From Bdellovibrionales bacterium (GTDB taxonomy: Bacteria > Bdellovibrionota > Bdellovibrionia > Bdellovibrionales > UBA1609), in contig JAWLHR010000005.1 of the NCBI GenBank assembly GCA_041690295.1, forward strand, positions 64,001-128,000: a stretch of DNA of 64,000 nt, in the 5' to 3' direction. The position numbers were made by a program, and so were the translations under genes. The notes below the pieces were generated by a model that had not been told where the DNA came from, ran no database searches, and saw nothing but the letters and a program-made list of their open reading frames with translations. Position 1 is the stretch's first letter; each line of letters opens with the position of its first letter. Below, piece after piece: positions 57,912 to 64,000 of this stretch.

Positions 57912-59582
57912 ATGATGTCCTTTTACAACCGCTTGCTTGTCTTTATAGGCCTACTGCTGCTTTGGTGTTTCGCCGGATTTACATCCTTTTGGACGGATTC
58001 CGAAATGTGGCCCACGGTGATTATTCGTTACTGGGGCGTACCTGATTCGCGCTTCGATTATTCCATCAAACCTTTGTTCAATCTTTTGTTGGCCGTGACC
58101 TACTATGTAGGCGGATTCCTGGACTTTCATCCGATGGACACCGCGCGCGGACTCATGTTTTTGAACGCGCTCTTTTGTGTTTATCTATTCTTTCGTATCA
58201 TTCGCAATTTAACTGGATCTTCGGAGATGGCGCTGGTCTTCGCCGCGCTTTGGGCCAGTCACTCATTCTTCATCAAGCGGTTCATTCACGTTCGCTCGGA
58301 TTTACTGGCGACAACGGCGCTTCTGGCTTTATTGACCTTGATGTCGGATCCTCGCTGGAAAATTCGTTCGAAGGCGTCCATGATCACATTGGTGGTGCTG
58401 TTTGCCGCGTTAGGGATATCGGCCACGCCCAAAGCGGTATTGGTCTTCGGCCCTTGGTGCGCGTTGGTTTTTTGGCGGGAGTTCAGCCCCCGGGTTCGCT
58501 GGCTCCTGACGACATTAATGGGTGTTTCCGTCGCGGTCATCGCGGTTTGGGCCATTGAACATAGTCACGCCTTCAAGTTCTTCATTCGCAGTTTCAGTGG
58601 ATCAAGTCTCGTCCCGTATTTCAGTTGGATCCGTGTTTCCCACGTGCTCAGTTGGATGATTGAAAATTTCATTTTCGCCGTGGCGATGATTTTTTCGGTG
58701 GGCTATGGACTGATCCGCCGGCCGCGGATTTCCGCCGAACACCGGCCTTACTTTGATTTGACGCTCGTCCTTCTTTTTCTTCTTTTGGCCTATCCGGAGC
58801 CATTACCGTTTTTTGTGGCCGCACTGAGTCCTTTCTTTCTAATTTCTTTCGCCATCGCCGTATCCCAAATCGGAATGCAAACCCGCGTGTTGAAATTGTT
58901 GTTCATAATTTCGCTGCTGCAGGGAACATTTTGGTCCGCCTGGTTGATCAGGCAGCACAACGCCTTTGAACAGCGCCGGTATGTGAAGTGGATCAATAGT
59001 TTGGGTCCGGAACTCAAGGGACGTACGCTCGTGGATCCCGTGGGTTTGATCCATAAGTTCGAGCCGCTGTATTGGTTTCTTGGTCCGCACGAACCCACAT
59101 GGAACACGGGATTCGCGGACTTTTTGGAAGAAAACCGGGCCGACTTCATATTGCCCAGCCCGCGATTCATGTATGGCGGAGACGAGTTGGACCAGTATCT
59201 GGTTCGAAACTACGCGGCTGGCACCAATGGAATTTTACGAAGGCAGCTGCGACTCGAACTTAAAGATCGGGAAGTCGAGGTCATGACAATTCTGTCCATA
59301 ATGGAGGGGCATTTCGCGCTCGATTCGATGGAGCGTTCCTTTGAAATTCAGGTTCGGGGATTGGGTGATAACGACCTCACCGATGATGCCAATTTGCGGA
59401 GCGCGGCGGGAGAAAAGATGCCCATCCCCAAGTCGGTCAGTCTTGCGGAATTGACCCAAATGGAAGCGATAACTGTCGGTCCGGGCGCGAGTGAGATCTT
59501 GATCATGCCCTCCGAACTCTCATCTCCGCCTGAGGACTTCCTGCCCTTCGCGACGTTATTCCGATTTGATCCGGAGATTTAA
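57912..59582 (+). CDS. Polytopic membrane protein, possible GT-C (ArnT/PMT-like) glycosyltransferase
   Basis: Many TM segments; TDSE loop, KPLF, HVRSD and TPK. Confidence 0.55.
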   Translation: MMSFYNRLLVFIGLLLLWCFAGFTSFWTDSEMWPTVIIRYWGVPDSRFDYSIKPLFNLLLAVTYYVGGFLDFHPMDTARGLMFLNALFCVYLFFRIIRNLTGSSEMALVFAALWASHSFFIKRFIHVRSDLLATTALLALLTLMSDPRWKIRSKASMITLVVLFAALGISATPKAVLVFGPWCALVFWREFSPRVRWLLTTLMGVSVAVIAVWAIEHSHAFKFFIRSFSGSSLVPYFSWIRVSHVLSWMIENFIFAVAMIFSVGYGLIRRPRISAEHRPYFDLTLVLLFLLLAYPEPLPFFVAALSPFFLISFAIAVSQIGMQTRVLKLLFIISLLQGTFWSAWLIRQHNAFEQRRYVKWINSLGPELKGRTLVDPVGLIHKFEPLYWFLGPHEPTWNTGFADFLEENRADFILPSPRFMYGGDELDQYLVRNYAAGTNGILRRQLRLELKDREVEVMTILSIMEGHFALDSMERSFEIQVRGLGDNDLTDDANLRSAAGEKMPIPKSVSLAELTQMEAITVGPGASEILIMPSELSSPPEDFLPFATLFRFDPEI

Positions 59583-60544
59583 TACACTTCAAGATCGTCT
59601 AAGGATTCCACTTCGATTTGCGGGTTGGCTTGCGACTTATCCACGAAATTGAACCGGCCGCGCGCTTTAATCCGCAGTCCGCGCTTGATCAATTTGTTGC
59701 GGTCATTTTCCGCCTGAATCGGCGAACGGTCCCAAGCCGATTGCATTTTGGTTCGCAAGGCCTCAAAAAGTTCGGGGTCCGAAAAATTGATGATCGTGTA
59801 TTCGCGAACCACGCCGTGTCCGATGTCTTTTTGCAGGGCGAACACATTGAATTTCACCTGAGGCGAGGCCGGAAAGAGAACCAGATCGCCTTCGTATTCC
59901 ACCGGTTGATCGTGCAGGTCCGACATATGTTCGAGAACTTCAAGGGCGTCAGCTTCGGCCTTAAGATTCAAATGCACCGGCCATTCGGGTTCGTCACGAA
60001 GGGCGAATTTAATCTGAACCAGATCTCCGCGATCCAGCGCCGCGGCTTTATCCCGATTCGGCGGTGGAACTAAGACAGGAAGAATCGAGCCTCGATAATC
60101 CGCGACGATCATTCGGCCCTGGTCGTGTACGGCGTGAACTTTGACCACCATTTCCGACAGATGTTGAATGTCATCGGGTATGCGGATGGGATGAGGATAA
60201 GAACCCACACCGGTTCCACCGGATTTCAAAAGCTCGATGTCACTGACTTCAATGTGAAGAAAGGGTCGGGTTCTTGAGGGAATTTCACCTCGGACGCGGA
60301 TCCGGTCGTGCCGGTTTAGTGTACGGATAAACTCAATCGTGGCTTTGTTTCGCGAAGTTAACGCGAAAATTTGAAAATCAAAAAAGTCTTGGGAGTCGCG
60401 GTAGGCGGCGACCAAGCGATCCGCTTCCGGATCAATCCCGTGGACTTCAAGTTCCACGCCGGTGGTTTGCAGCTCAACGATAAAACGGTCCAAATCAATG
60501 GCATGGGTCGCGGTGGAAAAGAACAAGAAGAACGCCCAAATCAT
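59579..60544 (-). CDS. Secreted hypothetical protein with OB-fold-like repeats
   Basis: Signal peptide; LNRHDRIRVRG and LDRGDLVQIK; AGGAG RBS. Confidence 0.6.
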   Translation of the reverse strand: MIWAFFLFFSTATHAIDLDRFIVELQTTGVELEVHGIDPEADRLVAAYRDSQDFFDFQIFALTSRNKATIEFIRTLNRHDRIRVRGEIPSRTRPFLHIEVSDIELLKSGGTGVGSYPHPIRIPDDIQHLSEMVVKVHAVHDQGRMIVADYRGSILPVLVPPPNRDKAAALDRGDLVQIKFALRDEPEWPVHLNLKAEADALEVLEHMSDLHDQPVEYEGDLVLFPASPQVKFNVFALQKDIGHGVVREYTIINFSDPELFEALRTKMQSAWDRSPIQAENDRNKLIKRGLRIKARGRFNFVDKSQANPQIEVESLDDLEVY

Positions 60545-60554
60545 GGTGAGACTC

Positions 60555-61373
60555 CTAACTGACAACTCGATCCACCAATGTCTCCGGCAAGGCTTTGACC
60601 ATATAGGACAAAAACTTAATACCTTTACCCACGGGATATCGGTTTCGAGGTGTACGTGAAGTTAATGCGTGTTCAATGGCTTTGACAACTACGGAGACAG
60701 GCGACGCATCCCGTTCCGCTTGCTGCGCGCGCACCTTAAATTTTTCTATGCTTCTCGCGTAAACAGCTAAAATTTCCGGTGGACACTTTTTGGACATCTC
60801 CTCATACATGGCCAGCGACCTTCGCCAAATGGGAGTTTTTATGGGTCCGGGCTCGACAACCGCCACATGCACACCGAACTCCCGCAGTTCACGCCGTAAA
60901 CTATCTGATACCGCTTCAAGCGCGAACTTCGAGGCCGAATAGGGGCCAAGAAGCGGCGGCGCGATCAATCCTGAAATGGAAGAGATGTTCACGATGCGGC
61001 CCTTCGACTCGCGCAGAAGCGGCAAGCAAACCTGGGTCACGCGAATTTGGCCGAAAACATTGATCTCGAATTGCCGACGCCATTCCTCGATGGGAACGGC
61101 TTCGAGCGGGCCGGCGATTCCGATGCCGGCGTTGTTCACTAAACCATGGATCAGACCCGAGGTCTTTTTAATTTGCCGTAAACAATCCTGAATGGATTGT
61201 TCGTTGGTGACATCGAGATAAACCGGATTCAATCCACGAACGTTGGCTTTTTGAATTTCATTAAATGATTTTTCGTTTCGAACTCCGGCCCAAACCGTGT
61301 GGCCGGTGCGCGCCAAATGCACGGCGGTGGCGCGCCCTATTCCGGAGGACGCCCCGGAGATGAGAATATCCAT
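60555..61373 (-). CDS. Short-chain dehydrogenase/reductase
   Basis: GASSGIG, NNAG and YSASK. Confidence 0.95.
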   Translation of the reverse strand: MDILISGASSGIGRATAVHLARTGHTVWAGVRNEKSFNEIQKANVRGLNPVYLDVTNEQSIQDCLRQIKKTSGLIHGLVNNAGIGIAGPLEAVPIEEWRRQFEINVFGQIRVTQVCLPLLRESKGRIVNISSISGLIAPPLLGPYSASKFALEAVSDSLRRELREFGVHVAVVEPGPIKTPIWRRSLAMYEEMSKKCPPEILAVYARSIEKFKVRAQQAERDASPVSVVVKAIEHALTSRTPRNRYPVGKGIKFLSYMVKALPETLVDRVVS

Positions 61374-61414
61374 TAATACCCCCTGAACAGGGGCTTTAAA
61401 TCACGAAAGCGGAA

Positions 61415-61735
61415 TCAATGCAAAACGCCATTCGGCGGGTGTGAAAGATCCAGCGCGTTGATAATGGCATTCAGCTGGCGTTGAGCTTCTTCTTTTGCGG
61501 CAATGGTGGCCGAAAAAAGGTTATCTGTTTCGGCTTGGATTTGAATGCCCATGGATTCGGGAGCGACCAAAAACGTAACGCGGTAACGATTTTCCGCACT
61601 TCCGGAAGCCGATTTATCCTGAATCGCTTCAACCAAAATGGAAAGCGACCCAAAATCTTTGACAAGCGGAGCCAGATCTTGGGCTTCCTGATATAAGAAC
61701 GCTCTTTCTTCGAGATTAGGATTATAAACTCTCAT
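61415..61735 (-). CDS. Small protein, divergent HPF/RaiA-like
   Basis: IQAETDNLFSATIAAKEEAQRQL resembles the HPF terminal strand-helix; GAGGAG RBS. Confidence 0.5.
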   Translation of the reverse strand: MRVYNPNLEERAFLYQEAQDLAPLVKDFGSLSILVEAIQDKSASGSAENRYRVTFLVAPESMGIQIQAETDNLFSATIAAKEEAQRQLNAIINALDLSHPPNGVLH

Positions 61736-61804
61736 CTTGCTCCTCTTACATCCCAATCTGGGTTGTGCAAGAAACATGTCAAGGTGGGCGGGTATAAAGG
61801 ATCC

Positions 61805-62428
61805 TTATTGTCCATAATCGGGAAACTTAGGTGGTGAAAGGGCCGGATGATTCTTCCATCCGAAGCGCAGGGGCCAGTGCACGCAGTCTTGTGTAAAACC
61901 AATGCCTATGCGGGGTCCTTCCACCAACCACGACTTTTCCACGGTGAGGCCTTCTTCGATCCAGAGCGAGGGGTGGGTGCACAGGTCCCAGCCGTTCTGA
62001 CGGCGCTCTAAATTCATGGCCGCGCAAAGCTTGCCCGGTCCATTGGCTAATTGCTCGGCGGGAAGAACCCGCCCGCGGAATTCGCACATTTTTTCGATGC
62101 CTTCCAGCGGCTCAAGAGCGCGGATCAGAACCGCCTCCGGAATTTCCCGTTCCATGGTAACGACATTAAAGCAAAAGTGGTTGCCGTAAATAAAGTAAAT
62201 GTAACTGAGCCCCGGCGGGCCGAACATGACTTCGGTTCGTTTGGTCCGCCGTCCCCCGAAACTGTGACAGGACGGATCTTCCAGGCCGAGGTAAGCCTCG
62301 GTCTCCACGATTCTGCCTCTTAATCGCGTGCCGTCGGGAAGTTCGTGCACGAGGACTTGGCCGATCAGGTCGCGTGCCACGTCAATCGTGCATCGACGGT
62401 AAAAGTCGCGGTCCATGCGTTTGGCCAT
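61805..62428 (-). CDS. DNA-3-methyladenine glycosylase (MPG/AAG family)
   Basis: IVETEAY, YIYFIYG, AVLIRALEP, NGPGKLC and PRIGI. Confidence 0.95.
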   Translation of the reverse strand: MAKRMDRDFYRRCTIDVARDLIGQVLVHELPDGTRLRGRIVETEAYLGLEDPSCHSFGGRRTKRTEVMFGPPGLSYIYFIYGNHFCFNVVTMEREIPEAVLIRALEPLEGIEKMCEFRGRVLPAEQLANGPGKLCAAMNLERRQNGWDLCTHPSLWIEEGLTVEKSWLVEGPRIGIGFTQDCVHWPLRFGWKNHPALSPPKFPDYGQ

Positions 62429-62479
62429 GGCCTTTTAATAACTTGACCACTTGCCGCCGGCAATGAGAACCAGCGAAGT

Positions 62480-63202
62480 ATGCAGGATCGAATTCAACTT
62501 GAACCCTCATGGAAAAGCCGTCTGCTTTCTGAATTTCAAAAACCCTACATGCAGAAATTGCGCGAATTTTTGCAACGTGAAAAGGCGGCCAATAAAATCA
62601 TCTATCCGCGCGGCGGGGACATGTTCGCGGCTTTGAATCTTTGTCCCTTTGATAAGGTCAAAGTGGTGATTCTCGGCCAGGATCCCTATCACGGGGCGAA
62701 ACAAGCCCACGGACTTTGCTTTTCCGTCCGTCCGGGAGTTGATATCCCCCCTTCATTGCAAAATATTTTTAAAGAACTGAAAGATGACTTGGGGATTGAA
62801 CCGCCAAAACACGGATATCTTAAAAGTTGGGCGGATCAGGGCGTGCTCTTGCTGAACGCCACGCTCTCGGTTGAAGCGGGACGTGCGGGAAGCCATCAAA
62901 ACAAAGGCTGGGAAGAATTCACCGATGCGATCATCCACCGTTTGAATGATGAGAAAGAAGGTTTGGTGTTCGTGCTCTGGGGCAGCTATGCCCAGAAAAA
63001 AGGCGCCTTTATCGATCGGAAAAAACATTTGGTTTTAGAGAGCGCCCATCCCTCGCCTCTATCGGCCCATCGGGGATTTTTCGGTTGCCGGCATTTCTCA
63101 AAAATTAATGAATATTTGAAGTCCAAAGGGAAGGAACCGATTGATTGGCGGCTGCCGCCGCTGCCCAATGACGAGCCTGCCGCGCCGGAAGCTCAGGCTT
63201 GA
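62480..63202 (+). CDS. ung: Uracil-DNA glycosylase (family 1)
   Basis: GQDPYH, PPSL, GVLLLN and HPSPLS. Confidence 0.97.
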   Translation: MQDRIQLEPSWKSRLLSEFQKPYMQKLREFLQREKAANKIIYPRGGDMFAALNLCPFDKVKVVILGQDPYHGAKQAHGLCFSVRPGVDIPPSLQNIFKELKDDLGIEPPKHGYLKSWADQGVLLLNATLSVEAGRAGSHQNKGWEEFTDAIIHRLNDEKEGLVFVLWGSYAQKKGAFIDRKKHLVLESAHPSPLSAHRGFFGCRHFSKINEYLKSKGKEPIDWRLPPLPNDEPAAPEAQA

Positions 63203-64000
63203 GCGATTCCACCCTGGCTGACGAGAAATCTTTTAAATAATCAGTCAGCGCCTCTTCCAGTTCGCGCAAGTGAATGGAATGCGTTCGTCCAAAACGCGCA
63301 TAAAGCCATTGGGTCAACGGATAGAAAAAGCCGAAGGGGTCGTCGAACTTTCTTTTGAGCTGGGGAAAATGACCCGAGTTTCCAATCCGATCCCAGAAAT
63401 CGGCAAAGATCGAAAGCCGTTCGATTTGAGTTTGAGAAAGGTGCCGAGTCTCCCGAACAGTGAAAGGCGATCGCGGTGAGTACCGCATTTAGTATTCCCG
63501 GTCGTGGCGAATGATGGGCGCGCCTTTGAGCCGCTTCAACACGCCCACCTGTATTTCATCGGGCTCAAGCGCGTAGAGTTGATTAAATCCTTCGGCGAAA
63601 CTTTCCCAAGTTTCACCGGGAAGTCCCACGATCAAATCCGCATGGGTGTGCACTCCGGTTCGACTTTTAAGATATTTGAAATTTTCGCGCACCTTCTCAT
63701 AGTTTTGGCGACGGCTGACGAGTTTCGCCACCGTCTCGCTCCAGGTTTGCACGCCGATTTCAAATTGCAGGGACCCCGGTGGGAATTGTTCAATCAGTGC
63801 CTTCAATTCATCCGGTAACCGGTCGGGGACCATCTCAAAGTGAAGAAATAATCCGGGTTTCATCCGCTCCAAAAAGAAACCAAGGATTCGCGTGCTGGTG
63901 GTGGGTGACAAATTGAACGTGCGATCGACGAATTTAAACTGCTTCGCCCCGCGCTCCAAAAGCCTTTCGAGCGCGGTCAAAAATGGATCCAGCGGAAATC
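63105..64000 (-). pseudogene. Radical SAM protein (B12-binding/DUF4080-like), 3' part, interrupted by in-frame TAA at 63489-63491
   Basis: [26 protein letters not shown], then RHDREY*MRYSP...FWDRIGNSGHF continuing in the same frame. Confidence 0.7.

Noticed and set aside
61805..63202. Divergent mpg/ung glycosylase pair as a novel repair system
   Set aside because: Both are ordinary base-excision repair genes; adjacency alone is not informative.

Overview
This 64 kb window is gene-dense chromosomal DNA from a bacterium that is probably in the Bdellovibrionota. That placement is inferred from the lexA-imuA-imuB-dnaE2 cassette, many orphan secreted lipoproteins, S8 proteases, an Ig-repeat/VWA adhesin, prepilin-type proteins and a Bdellovibrio/Myxococcus-type HNH gene. 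Most genes are housekeeping or stress genes (pirin, dps, icd, ABC-2 exporter, USP, tRNA-Val(CAC), cytochrome c peroxidase, folE, PTPS, RluA, cls, Sua5, typA, msrB, tldD/pmbA, dapF, mpg, ung). The most unusual locus is 46.6-48.6 kb: an HNH endonuclease gene lies between two ~240-bp non-coding direct repeats with a hairpin-rich, near-identical core. It also has an operator-like palindrome at its RBS and a 35-36-35 bp repeat-spacer-repeat next to the right copy, and it sits directly downstream of the SOS mutagenesis operon. Other notable items are a subtilase paralog with all catalytic residues replaced beside an active subtilase, a triple direct repeat upstream of lexA, an ExxHGH (PTPS-III type) pterin enzyme beside folE, three tandem paralogous Cys-motif lipoproteins, candidate sigma28/sigma54 promoters, a recurrent intergenic palindrome and an in-frame stop in a radical SAM gene. 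All calls come from motif recognition by eye; no database searches or folding programs were run, and several start codons are my estimates.
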